DNA of 64,000 nucleotides, from assembly GCA_033722155.1 (NCBI GenBank), contig JAWVZN010000004.1, positions 3,959 through 67,958 of the forward strand, given 5' to 3'. Within the stretch, counting starts at the first letter, position 1, and the number at the start of each line of letters is the position of its first letter. Source of the stretch: Gemmatimonadota bacterium (GTDB lineage: Bacteria > Gemmatimonadota > Gemmatimonadetes > JACCXV01 > JAHWKZ01). The notes beneath the pieces are model-generated. The model ran no database searches. It was not told the origin of the DNA and saw nothing but the letters and a program-made list of their open reading frames with translations. This document shows positions 37,753 to 46,533 of the stretch, piece by piece. The translations under genes and the position numbers were made by a program.

Positions 37753-38334
37753 GTGGCACAGTTGGACGGAAAGCGGGTCGCGATCCTGGTGGCGGACGGC
37801 TTCGAGCAGGTCGAGCTGACGAGCCCCCGGGAGGCGCTCGAGGAGGCGGGCGCGGAGCCCGTGATCGTCTCGCCCGAGGACGGAACCGTCCGCGGGTGGG
37901 ATCACACCGACTGGGGAGACGACTTCGACGTGGAGCTTCCCCTCGAGGACGCCGATCCGGCGGAGTTCGACGCCCTCCACCTGCCGGGTGGGGTGATGAA
38001 CCCCGACAACATGCGCCGGAGCGAGTCGGTGCAGCGCTTCGTCCGGGCCTTCTTCGAAGCCGGCAAGCCGGTGGGCGTGATCTGCCACGGCGCGTGGACC
38101 CTGATCGACGCCGGGCTCGTCGAGGGTCGGCGGCTCACCTCCTACCACTCGATTCAGGCCGACCTGAAGAACGCCGGCGCGTACTGGGTCGACGAAGAGG
38201 TCGTGGTCGACAAGGGGCTGGTCTCGAGCCGGAACCCGGACGACCTGCCGGCGTTCGAGCGCAAGCTGGTCGAGGAGATCGGCGAGGGGGTTCACGAGGA
38301 GCAGCGCGAGCGGACGCCTGCGGTGGCGGAATGA
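37753..38334 (+). CDS. PfpI/DJ-1 family protein (type 1 glutamine amidotransferase-like)
   Basis: SD GGAGG; GFEQVEL, LPGG, ICHGAW, SSRNPDDLPAF. Confidence 0.9.
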   Translation: MAQLDGKRVAILVADGFEQVELTSPREALEEAGAEPVIVSPEDGTVRGWDHTDWGDDFDVELPLEDADPAEFDALHLPGGVMNPDNMRRSESVQRFVRAFFEAGKPVGVICHGAWTLIDAGLVEGRRLTSYHSIQADLKNAGAYWVDEEVVVDKGLVSSRNPDDLPAFERKLVEEIGEGVHEEQRERTPAVAE

Positions 38335-38466
38335 CGGGCGCCGCAGGCGGAAGATTCCGGGGCTAGCCGGACCGCTCACCGGTCCCGGGCGAAACCGGGT
38401 CTCCCCTCCTCCCGTACGGACGAGCGCGCGCAAGCTCCGATCGTCGAATCAGGAGGAGGGGGCCGG

Positions 38467-39822
38467 ATGCCGAGAAAGCGGTGGATCGCGCTCGCGCTGG
38501 TGGTCGCGGGGGCGGGAGCGTTCTGGTGGTGGTCGAGGGAGGAGCCGGCCGACACCCGCTTCAACGGGGCGTACCGTCTCGAGAGCGGGGAGCTGGCGAT
38601 CCTCACCCCGCGACGGGGCGCGATACTCCGGTACCGCGCCCTGGACGGCGAGAGCCACGCGTTGTGGCCGGCCGGCGAGCGTACCTACGAGATGGGAGCC
38701 GGCTTCTCCGACCGCCGGCCGGTGATCGCGACCGTCCGCTTCGCCGCTTCGTCCGGGGGAGCCTCGGCGGAGGGATTCACGCTCCGGGCGGAGGGGGGTG
38801 CACAGATCGAGGCGCGCCGGCTCGATCTTCCCGAACGAACCCTGTCCTTCCGGAGCGGAGATCTCGCCCTTCGGGCCAGGGTGGTCCTTCCCCGCGGCAA
38901 GGGCCCCTTCCCCGCGATCGTCGCCGTTCAGGGCTCCGGCGACCGGAGCGCCGTGGACACCTCCTATCTCCCGTACCTCTTCGCCTCCCACGGGATCGCC
39001 GCCATGGTGTACGACAAGCGGGGCACCGGCGGGTCGGAGGGGGAGTACACCCAGAACTTCCACGTGCTCGCCGGCGACGTGGGAGCCGCGGTGGAGCGGC
39101 TCCGGTCGATTCCGGAGATCCGGGCGAACGACGTTCACCTGGCGGGCTTCAGCCAGGGGGGCTGGATCGCGCCGATGGCGGCGAAGCGGCTGGGGGACGT
39201 CCGCAGCTTGCTGATCGGCTACGGCCCGATGGTGACCGTCGCCGAGGAGGATCGGTGGGGGTACGTCCACGCGCTCCGGAAGGCGGGCTTCGGGGAGGAC
39301 GCGATCCGGAAGGCCGACCGGGTGGACGCCGTGATCGGGTCGATCCTCGACCACGGCGAGGACCGGTGGGACGAGCTGGGCGAGCGGCTGGAGGAGGCCG
39401 AGGGGGAGGCTTGGTTCGAGGCGGTGAAGGGAAGCGACTCCCTGCTGGGGTTCCTCGCCGACACGTGGCTGCCGCTGCCGGCGGTCCGGCTGTGGCAGTG
39501 GTACCGGACCCGCGGGGAGGTGCCGTTCATCGACCGGCTCTACGACCCGGTGCCGACCGTCGCCGCCCTGGAGGCTCCGAGCCTGTGGATCCTCGGCGGC
39601 GAGGACCACAGCATGCCGACCGGCTGGACGATCGACGAGCTGGAGAAGCTCCAGGAGGCCGGCCGGCCGATCCGGATCCGCGTCTATCCGGAGGCCGATC
39701 ACGGCATCCTCCTCTTCGAGGAGACCCAATCCGGGCGGCGCTACCTCGGCTACCCGCCCGACTACTTCCCCACGATGGTCGACTGGGTGCGCCGAGAGAG
39801 CGGGCTCGAGGCCGCTCCCTAG
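38467..39822 (+). CDS. exported alpha/beta hydrolase (S9-like serine hydrolase)
   Basis: N-terminal anchor; YDKRGTG, nucleophile GFSQGG, GGED, ADH. Confidence 0.85.
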   Translation: MPRKRWIALALVVAGAGAFWWWSREEPADTRFNGAYRLESGELAILTPRRGAILRYRALDGESHALWPAGERTYEMGAGFSDRRPVIATVRFAASSGGASAEGFTLRAEGGAQIEARRLDLPERTLSFRSGDLALRARVVLPRGKGPFPAIVAVQGSGDRSAVDTSYLPYLFASHGIAAMVYDKRGTGGSEGEYTQNFHVLAGDVGAAVERLRSIPEIRANDVHLAGFSQGGWIAPMAAKRLGDVRSLLIGYGPMVTVAEEDRWGYVHALRKAGFGEDAIRKADRVDAVIGSILDHGEDRWDELGERLEEAEGEAWFEAVKGSDSLLGFLADTWLPLPAVRLWQWYRTRGEVPFIDRLYDPVPTVAALEAPSLWILGGEDHSMPTGWTIDELEKLQEAGRPIRIRVYPEADHGILLFEETQSGRRYLGYPPDYFPTMVDWVRRESGLEAAP

Positions 39823-40136
39823 CCTCCTCCCCGCTCGCCGCGCGGCTCCGCCTCCTCGGGCTCCGGCTCGGGGGCGCGATGCGGGTAGCGCTCCGCCTGC
39901 AGGTCGACCGCGCGGATCACCAGCCAGGTGAAGGCGAGGAGGTCGACGAGGAAGAGGCCCCCGCCGATCCAGGTGAGGGCCTCGCCCCCGCCGAGATACA
40001 TCATGAGGCCCGTCGCGACCGCCACCGCCGCGGTCGCGATCGTGCCCGGCTTGCTGACGGTCGTGGTGAGCTCCCGCTCCCCCCACTCCTCCTCGGGCAG
40101 GACGACCCCGGCGCTCTGGAGATCTTCGAGCGTCAC
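39819..40136 (-). CDS. small two-TM hypothetical protein
   Basis: GTG 40136 overlaps the permease stop; two hydrophobic helices. Confidence 0.6.
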   Translation of the reverse strand: MTLEDLQSAGVVLPEEEWGERELTTTVSKPGTIATAAVAVATGLMMYLGGGEALTWIGGGLFLVDLLAFTWLVIRAVDLQAERYPHRAPEPEPEEAEPRGERGGG

Positions 40137-42511
40137 GTCTCGCTCTCCGCGGAGACCTTTTCCTCCTCCTTCTCGGCCTCCTCCTCGAGCTGGCGGAAGA
40201 ACTGGAAGAAGCTCTGGAAGCTGAACTTGACCGGGTGGGTCTCCTGGTTGACCAGGATCGCGGGACACTCCGCCTTGCGCGCCGCCCAGTAGGAGCGGGT
40301 CCCGAAGATCCGCCGCCTCAGCCACCCCTCCTCGACCCATCCGATCACCAGCAGGTCCGCTCCCTCGGAGCGATCGGCGATCGTCTGGACGACGTTGGGC
40401 GAGTCGACGATCTCGAGCGTGATCCGCTCGGCGTCGGGATCGAGGGGCTCCTCCTCGGGGTCGAAGAAGGCGGGCCGGGCGATCGCCTCGCGCAGCTCCT
40501 CGATCCGCTCCTCGCGCCGGGAACGGGAGATCTCCGGCGGGACGACGTGGAGGGCCTCGATCTTCGGGCCGTCGCTTCGTACCAGCCGGGCGAGCCCGAG
40601 CAGGAGGGGGACGTTCTCGGGCCGGGCGATCGGCACCACGATCCGGCCCGCCGGCAGAACCGTTCCGGTCTCCACCACGACCACGCTGGTCGGCGACCCT
40701 CGGAGCACCGGGTCGATGTTTCGACCCAGGTGGCGGCGTCCCCGGCCGGGGCGGCGGTGCCACCCCATCACGACGAAGTCGACGTCCCACTCCTCCACGG
40801 TGTCGACGATCCCCTGGCTCGGGCGGTGGCCCACGCGGACGAGGGTGAGGGCCGGCACCCCGAGCTGCTGGGCTCGCTCCTCGGACTCGTCGACGATCTC
40901 CCGGGCCTCCATCGCCCTGACGCGGCCGGCCCGGAGCGGGGTCTGGGGCGCCACGGTGGCGACGTGGAGGAGCACGAGCTCGCCGTCGGCGGGGCGGGCC
41001 AGCCGGGCGGCGACCTCGAGGAGGGGGGCGGCGTCCTCGGGATCGGAGACCGGCACCAGCACCCGGAACCGCTCCTTCTCCGGCGCCAGCTGACCCCGGA
41101 AGATCACCGGCGTCACCCGCTTCTCCCGTTCCCGCCCCGAGGCGTAGACGACGTACAGGAGGAAGCCGGCACCGAGCCAGCCGATCACGAAGAACCACGC
41201 GACCGCCGAGAACTGGAACATGAACACCGCCAGGAAGCCGATCATCGCCATGTTCACGATCGGCAGCACCGGATGGAACGGGATCAGGAAGCCGTAGTCG
41301 AGCTTGTCGCCGTACTTCTTCCGGATCGTGATGACGGCGACGTTCACCTGGAGGAACAGCAGCAGGAACATGACGTCGGCGGCGGCGGCCACGTCGTGGA
41401 TCGGCAGGGTCACCGCCATGACGACGATGAGCCCGCCGCTGCAAAGCAGCGCGAGGTACGGAGTTCGGGTCGCCTCGTGGATCTCCCCGAACAGGTCCGG
41501 GAGGTTGCGGTCGCGGCCCATCGCGAAGGAGACCCGGGTGGAGGAGAAGGTGGTGGCGTTGAGCGCGCTCATCGTGGAGAGCAGCCCACCGACGAGCAGA
41601 AGGGTGGTCCCCAGGGGCATGAACTGCCGCGCCGCCTCGGCCAGGCCGAGCTCGGCGTGGCCGCCGAGCCACTGCCAGGTGGGCTCGCCCGTTTCCGGGT
41701 TCACCGCCCCCAGGGCGGTGAAGGCGACCAGCATGTAGATCGGGATCACGATCGCGAGGGAGAGGAACACCGCCTTGGGGATCGTCTCGCGCGGGTTTCT
41801 CACCTCCTCGCCCGCCTGGACGATGATCTCGTATCCCTCGAAGGCGATGTACGTGAGCCCCATCGCGAGAAAGACCCCGGTCAGCCCCTCGGGCGCGAAG
41901 GGGGTGAACTTGTCCATGTACTGCGGGTTGCGGAAGATCGCCGCGACGCCGCTGACGACGAAGATCCCGAGGATCGCGATCTTGCCCATCGTGACGATGT
42001 TGCCGACGACGCCCGTCTCGGAGACGCCCTTGAAGTTGATCAGGACGAAGGCCAGCGCGATCCCGACCGCCAACGCCTTGTGGAGGGGCTCACCGGTGAA
42101 GCCGAGGACGGAGGTGACGCCGAACTCCCGCAGCATCAGCTCCACGTAGGAGCCGAACCCGAGCGCGTAGAGGCTGCCGGCCACGGCGTGGGCGAACCAG
42201 CTCATCCAGCCCGCCATGAACGCGTTCCACGCCGGCATCCCCTCCTTCACCCACAGGTAGCCGCCGCCCGCTTCGGGGATCGCCGATCCGAGCTCGGCGT
42301 ACACCATGGCGGTGAGAATCGTGACGACGCCGTTGAGCGCGAATGCGAGGATCAGCGCCGGACCCGCCGTGCCCGCGGCGAGGCCCGTGAGAACGAAGAT
42401 CCCGGCGCCGATCATCGCCCCGACCCCGACCATGGTGATGTCGAACAGCCCCAGGTCGCGCACCAGCCCGACCCGGTTCGACCCCCCTGCGGCTTCCGGC
42501 TCCTCGGGCAT
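40133..42511 (-). CDS. APC family amino acid permease with C-terminal universal-stress (USP) domains
   Basis: GAMIGAGIF, YAELGSAIP.AGG, FEGYE; USP-like RVLVPV, DFVVMG, RIVVPI, DLLVIG. Confidence 0.9.
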   Translation of the reverse strand: MPEEPEAAGGSNRVGLVRDLGLFDITMVGVGAMIGAGIFVLTGLAAGTAGPALILAFALNGVVTILTAMVYAELGSAIPEAGGGYLWVKEGMPAWNAFMAGWMSWFAHAVAGSLYALGFGSYVELMLREFGVTSVLGFTGEPLHKALAVGIALAFVLINFKGVSETGVVGNIVTMGKIAILGIFVVSGVAAIFRNPQYMDKFTPFAPEGLTGVFLAMGLTYIAFEGYEIIVQAGEEVRNPRETIPKAVFLSLAIVIPIYMLVAFTALGAVNPETGEPTWQWLGGHAELGLAEAARQFMPLGTTLLLVGGLLSTMSALNATTFSSTRVSFAMGRDRNLPDLFGEIHEATRTPYLALLCSGGLIVVMAVTLPIHDVAAAADVMFLLLFLQVNVAVITIRKKYGDKLDYGFLIPFHPVLPIVNMAMIGFLAVFMFQFSAVAWFFVIGWLGAGFLLYVVYASGREREKRVTPVIFRGQLAPEKERFRVLVPVSDPEDAAPLLEVAARLARPADGELVLLHVATVAPQTPLRAGRVRAMEAREIVDESEERAQQLGVPALTLVRVGHRPSQGIVDTVEEWDVDFVVMGWHRRPGRGRRHLGRNIDPVLRGSPTSVVVVETGTVLPAGRIVVPIARPENVPLLLGLARLVRSDGPKIEALHVVPPEISRSRREERIEELREAIARPAFFDPEEEPLDPDAERITLEIVDSPNVVQTIADRSEGADLLVIGWVEEGWLRRRIFGTRSYWAARKAECPAILVNQETHPVKFSFQSFFQFFRQLEEEAEKEEEKVSAESET

Positions 42512-42603
42512 GGTCGCGGATGGTAGCGGGGTCCCGATTCGCCGGCAAAGAAGACGTTCGGGAGGGTTTCGCCCGGGCGGGCCCGGGCCTACGTTTCCGC
42601 TCG

Positions 42604-44322
42604 ATGGTCTCCCCGCTGGATCCGCAGACCTGGCAGCGCTCCCTCACCGCGATGGACGAGCGGCGGCTGCTGACGGGCGTCTACGTGGCGCGCCTCTCCA
42701 TCGCCAACGCGCTCGCGATCGCGGCCACCTTCGTGCGCACGACCCGGGGGGTGGAGACCTCCCTGCTGCCGCTCGCAGCGCTCGTGGTGGGAATCCCGCT
42801 CGGCTTCACCCTGCTCTCGCTCCTGTACACGCGCTACCGCCCGATCGACAGCGGGTTCCTCGGCGCCCAGGTGGTCCACGACCTGCTGCTCACCACGGCC
42901 GCCGTGTTCTTCACCGGCGGGATCGGCAGCGAGTTCGCGTTCATCTACATCCTGCTGATCGTGGCCGCGGGCTTCCTGCTCGGCTTCGCCGGCGCGATCC
43001 TGACCACGGTGGGATCGGTGATCTCCTACCTCGGCGTCGCCTGGTATCAAATCTCCCCCCAGTTGCCGGCCCCGGACGGGATCGTGGAGCTGCCCAACCT
43101 CTCCGGACCTCCGAGCGCCATCCTGTGGAGCCTCGCGCTCACCGCGGTCGTCTTCTGTATCGTCGGGCTTCTCGGGGGGATGGTGGTGCGCCGGCTCCGA
43201 TCCCAGCGAAGCCGCCTCGACGAGCTCGAGCGCCAGCTCGCCGAAGCCCGGATCGACGCGCAGGACATCCTCAACACCGTGGAGAGCGGGATCCTGTCGG
43301 TGAACGCCGACGAGGAGCTCGACTTCGTGAACTACACCGCCCGCGCCCAGCTCGGGATCAGCGGAACCCCCCGGACGAGGGAGCTGCGCCGGGAGACGGG
43401 GGCCTCCAGGCTGCTCGACCTGCTGCTCGAGACGCTCCGCACCGAGCGGGAGTTCGAGTTCGTCGAGGTGATGCTGCCCGGTGACGGCGGCCAGCCCCGC
43501 CCTTTCAGCGTGGCCACGACCGTCCTGTACGATCCCGGGGGAGCCAAGCGGGGGGCCGCCGCGATCCTGAAGGACGTCGAGCACGTGAAGCGGCTCGAGG
43601 AACTCGCCCGTCAGGCCGACCGGCTCCGCGCGGTGACCGAGCTCGCGGCGGGGCTCGCCCACGAGATCCAGAATCCGCTGGCGGCGATCCGCTCTTCGGT
43701 GGAGCTGCTCGAGGCAGAGGAGGACGAGTGGGTCGACGAGGAGCAGGAGCGACGGCTCCGGCGCCTCATCGTCCGCGAGGCGGACCGGCTGGCGGAGCTG
43801 ATCGGCGACTTCATGGCATTCAGCCGGATGTCGCTCAAGACGAAGGAGCGGGTGAACCTGGTCGAGGTCGTCGAGGACGCCCTCGAGGTGGAGCGGGTGG
43901 CGTCCAAGCGGGGGGAGGTGCGATTCATGTTCACATCGCCCGGCCGGGAGTACTATGTGGAGGGGGACCACAACCTGCTGAAGCAGGTGTGCCTCAACCT
44001 GCTGAGCAACGCGGTCTCCGCGGTGGAGGACCGGCCCGACGGCCGGGTCCAGATCCGGGTGGGGGGAAACCCCCAGCTGCCGGGCCTGGAGAAGGCGCCC
44101 GGCCCCTACGTCGCCCTCGAGGTGCGGGACAACGGCCCCGGCATCGAGCCCGAGGACCGGGAGCGGATCTTCGATCCGTTCTTCACGACCCGGGACACGG
44201 GCTTCGGGATGGGCCTCGCCATCGTGAACCGGATCGTCGACCTCCACGGCGGCATGGTGTGGGTCGAGACCGAGCCCGGCGAGGGCTCGGTGTTCCGGAT
44301 CGCGCTGCCGCGGGCGCGATAG
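42604..44322 (+). CDS. pilS: PilS-like membrane sensor histidine kinase
   Basis: TM region with FTGG..S.F, H-box LAHEIQNPL, N-box NLLSNA, DNGPG, FDPFFTT, GMGLAI; precedes pilR and pilA. Confidence 0.8.
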   Translation: MVSPLDPQTWQRSLTAMDERRLLTGVYVARLSIANALAIAATFVRTTRGVETSLLPLAALVVGIPLGFTLLSLLYTRYRPIDSGFLGAQVVHDLLLTTAAVFFTGGIGSEFAFIYILLIVAAGFLLGFAGAILTTVGSVISYLGVAWYQISPQLPAPDGIVELPNLSGPPSAILWSLALTAVVFCIVGLLGGMVVRRLRSQRSRLDELERQLAEARIDAQDILNTVESGILSVNADEELDFVNYTARAQLGISGTPRTRELRRETGASRLLDLLLETLRTEREFEFVEVMLPGDGGQPRPFSVATTVLYDPGGAKRGAAAILKDVEHVKRLEELARQADRLRAVTELAAGLAHEIQNPLAAIRSSVELLEAEEDEWVDEEQERRLRRLIVREADRLAELIGDFMAFSRMSLKTKERVNLVEVVEDALEVERVASKRGEVRFMFTSPGREYYVEGDHNLLKQVCLNLLSNAVSAVEDRPDGRVQIRVGGNPQLPGLEKAPGPYVALEVRDNGPGIEPEDRERIFDPFFTTRDTGFGMGLAIVNRIVDLHGGMVWVETEPGEGSVFRIALPRAR

Positions 44323-44374
44323 CCGGGACGGGATAGACTTCCCGGGCCGCCCGTCCGTATATTGAGGCCGCCCT

Positions 44375-45811
44375 ATGCCAGCAGATGACGGAGCCGATCC
44401 CCGCGTCCTCCTCGTGGAGGACGAAGAGAGCGTTCTCGAGGCCCTGTCCGTGCTGTTCAAGCGCAACGGCTTCGAGATCGCCACGGCCTCGGCCGGCGAC
44501 GAGGCGATCCAGTGGCTCGAGGACAACGGCCCGATCGACCTCGTCGTCACCGACCTGCGGCTGCCCGGCCGCGACGGGATGGCGGTGCTCAAGCACGCCC
44601 GATCGCAGGACCCCTTGGCGAAGGTGATCCTGATCACCGCGCAGGGCGACGAGGACGTCGCCATGCAGGCGTGCAACGAGGGCGCCTTCCGCTACATCAA
44701 GAAGCCGTACAAGAATCAGGAGATCGTCCTCTCCGCGCGCCAGGCTCTCGAGATGCACCAGCTCGAGGAGAAGAACGTGAAGCTGGCGCGCGAGAACCAG
44801 GCGCTCCAGCGGAAGGTGACCGAGGCGATGCGGGTCGAGCCGGTGGGCCAGAGCGAGGAGTTCGAGGAGGTCCTCGAGATGGCCGAGCAGGTCGCCCCCG
44901 CCGAGAGTACGGTGCTGCTGATGGGCGAGAGCGGCACCGGGAAGGAGCTCTTCGCCCGCTACATCCACCTGAAGAGTGATCGCGTCCGTGGGCCGTTCGT
45001 GCCGATCAACTGCGGGGCGCTTCCCGAGCCGCTGCTGGAGTCCGAGCTGTTCGGCCACGTGAAGGGATCCTTCACCGGGGCGATCCGCGACAAGGAGGGG
45101 CTTTTCACCGTGGCCGCCGGAGGCACGATCTTCCTCGACGAGATCGCCGACACCACCCCCGCGATCCAGGTGAAGCTGCTCCGGGTGCTGCAGGAGCGGG
45201 AGGTGATCCCGGTGGGCGCCACGGAGTCGGTTCCCGTGGACGTCCGGATCCTGGCCGCGACGAACAAGAAGCTCGAGAAGGAGGTCGAGGGAGGGAACTT
45301 CCGCCAGGATCTCTTCTATCGGCTGAACGTGATCCCGATCACGATCCCCCCGCTGCGCGAGCGGCGGGAGGACATCCCGCTCCTGCTGGAGCACGTATTG
45401 GGGCGCGCTGGCTTCGAGGGGTCGATGCCGGGAGGAAAGCGGGCCGAGGACAAGATCTTCACCGAGGAGGCCTTCAAGGCGATGTGCGCCTACGACTGGC
45501 CCGGCAACGTCCGTGAGCTCGAGAACGTGGTCGAGCGACTGCTGGTTCTGGCCGGCTGGCGCGAGGGGGGGGAGCCGGGGGAGACGATCGAACTGGAGGA
45601 TCTGCCCGAGAAGATCCGGGAGAAGCCCGAGAAGAAGCTCGTGGAGGACCAGCCGCCCGAGACCCCCACCATGGAGCAGATCGAGATCGCCTACATCCAG
45701 TGGGTGCTGAAGAAGACGGAGGGGAACAAGGCGCGGGCGGCCGAAATCCTGGGGATCGACCCTTCGACCCTGTACCGGAAGATCGACCGGTACGAGCTGA
45801 AGTCCGCGTGA
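44375..45811 (+). CDS. pilR: PilR-like sigma-54-dependent response regulator
   Basis: Receiver domain, GESGTGKE, ESELFGHVKGSFTGA, WPGNVREL, Fis-type HTH. Confidence 0.85.
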   Translation: MPADDGADPRVLLVEDEESVLEALSVLFKRNGFEIATASAGDEAIQWLEDNGPIDLVVTDLRLPGRDGMAVLKHARSQDPLAKVILITAQGDEDVAMQACNEGAFRYIKKPYKNQEIVLSARQALEMHQLEEKNVKLARENQALQRKVTEAMRVEPVGQSEEFEEVLEMAEQVAPAESTVLLMGESGTGKELFARYIHLKSDRVRGPFVPINCGALPEPLLESELFGHVKGSFTGAIRDKEGLFTVAAGGTIFLDEIADTTPAIQVKLLRVLQEREVIPVGATESVPVDVRILAATNKKLEKEVEGGNFRQDLFYRLNVIPITIPPLRERREDIPLLLEHVLGRAGFEGSMPGGKRAEDKIFTEEAFKAMCAYDWPGNVRELENVVERLLVLAGWREGGEPGETIELEDLPEKIREKPEKKLVEDQPPETPTMEQIEIAYIQWVLKKTEGNKARAAEILGIDPSTLYRKIDRYELKSA

Positions 45812-45947
45812 GAGCCGGCCTCCCGGGAGCGCACCCTGCACGGATCATACGGTGGTAAAACGCAAGAGGATCGACGACGTACTGGTGGCGATCGCCGTCA
45901 CGCGGAGCGTCGGGCATGCCCTGGAGTTGGTTCGGTAACTTTATGAT

Positions 45948-45960
45948 TGTCAAGGGGTTA
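45948..45960 (+). promoter_or_regulatory. possible IHF-binding site upstream of the pilA promoter
   Basis: TGTCAAGGGGTTA against consensus WATCAANNNNTTR, with an AT-rich 5' flank. Confidence 0.4.
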
Positions 45961-45989
45961 TGGTGAAGTTTTCAGGGTGAATCCCACTT

Positions 45990-46005
45990 TGGCATCGCAA
46001 TTGCT
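45990..46005 (+). promoter_or_regulatory. sigma-54 promoter of pilA
   Basis: TGGCATCGCAATTGCT, canonical -24/-12, directly downstream of pilR. Confidence 0.85.
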
Positions 46006-46092
46006 ACTTATCTCGGGCGAAGCAACGCCGGTGATCGCGTTGAAGACACGACTCGACCGGAACCCGGACCAGAGAGACCAAAGGAGAAAGCC

Positions 46093-46458
46093 GTGAGGAA
46101 CCTCAAGAACAATCAGGGTTTCACCCTGATCGAGCTGCTGATCGTAGTCGTGATCATCGGCATCCTGGCCGCGATCGCGATACCCCGCTTCGCCAGCACC
46201 AAGGGCAAGGCGTTCGACGCAGCGGCGAAGACCGACCTTCGCAACGCCATGACGGCGCAGGAGGCGTACTACGCCGACAACCAGACGTACGCCAGTGACG
46301 CCTCGAACCTCGATTTCGACGGAAGCAACAACGTGACCACCGCGGTAGCGAGCGGGGGTACCGGATCCTACGAGATGACGGCCACCCACGCGGAGAGCGA
46401 CAACACCTACTGCGTGAACTCCGACGTCGGGGAGATCGAGGCAACGACCGACTGCTGA
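46093..46458 (+). CDS. pilA: major type IVa pilin
   Basis: SD AAGGAG; class III signal QG|FTLIELLIVVVIIGILAAIAIP; C-terminal C-X13-C. Confidence 0.93.
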   Translation: MRNLKNNQGFTLIELLIVVVIIGILAAIAIPRFASTKGKAFDAAAKTDLRNAMTAQEAYYADNQTYASDASNLDFDGSNNVTTAVASGGTGSYEMTATHAESDNTYCVNSDVGEIEATTDC

Positions 46459-46488
46459 CCGCTCCAGACGCCGAGCTGGACACCGCCG

Positions 46489-46533
46489 AGCGCGGCTACG
46501 GGCCCCGAGGGCCCGCGCCGCGCTTTTCTCTTT
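46489..46533 (+). terminator. intrinsic terminator after pilA
   Basis: agcgcggc..gggccc-cga-gggccc..gccgcgct followed by a T-rich tract. Confidence 0.7.

Noticed and set aside
37412-37819. 135-aa ORF spanning the pilC-pfpI gap, and a 30-codon minus-strand ORF from GTG 37667
   Set aside because: Atypical composition and no motifs; the longer ORF overlaps both neighbours; the region is better explained by RNA structure
46093-46458. PilA as a Geobacter-type conductive e-pilin
   Set aside because: The N-terminus is similar (F1, F24, F32, Y50, Y51, Y57), but position 27 is Thr and aromatics are about 10 of 112 residues including His, below the usual proposed threshold; it also has a normal globular domain
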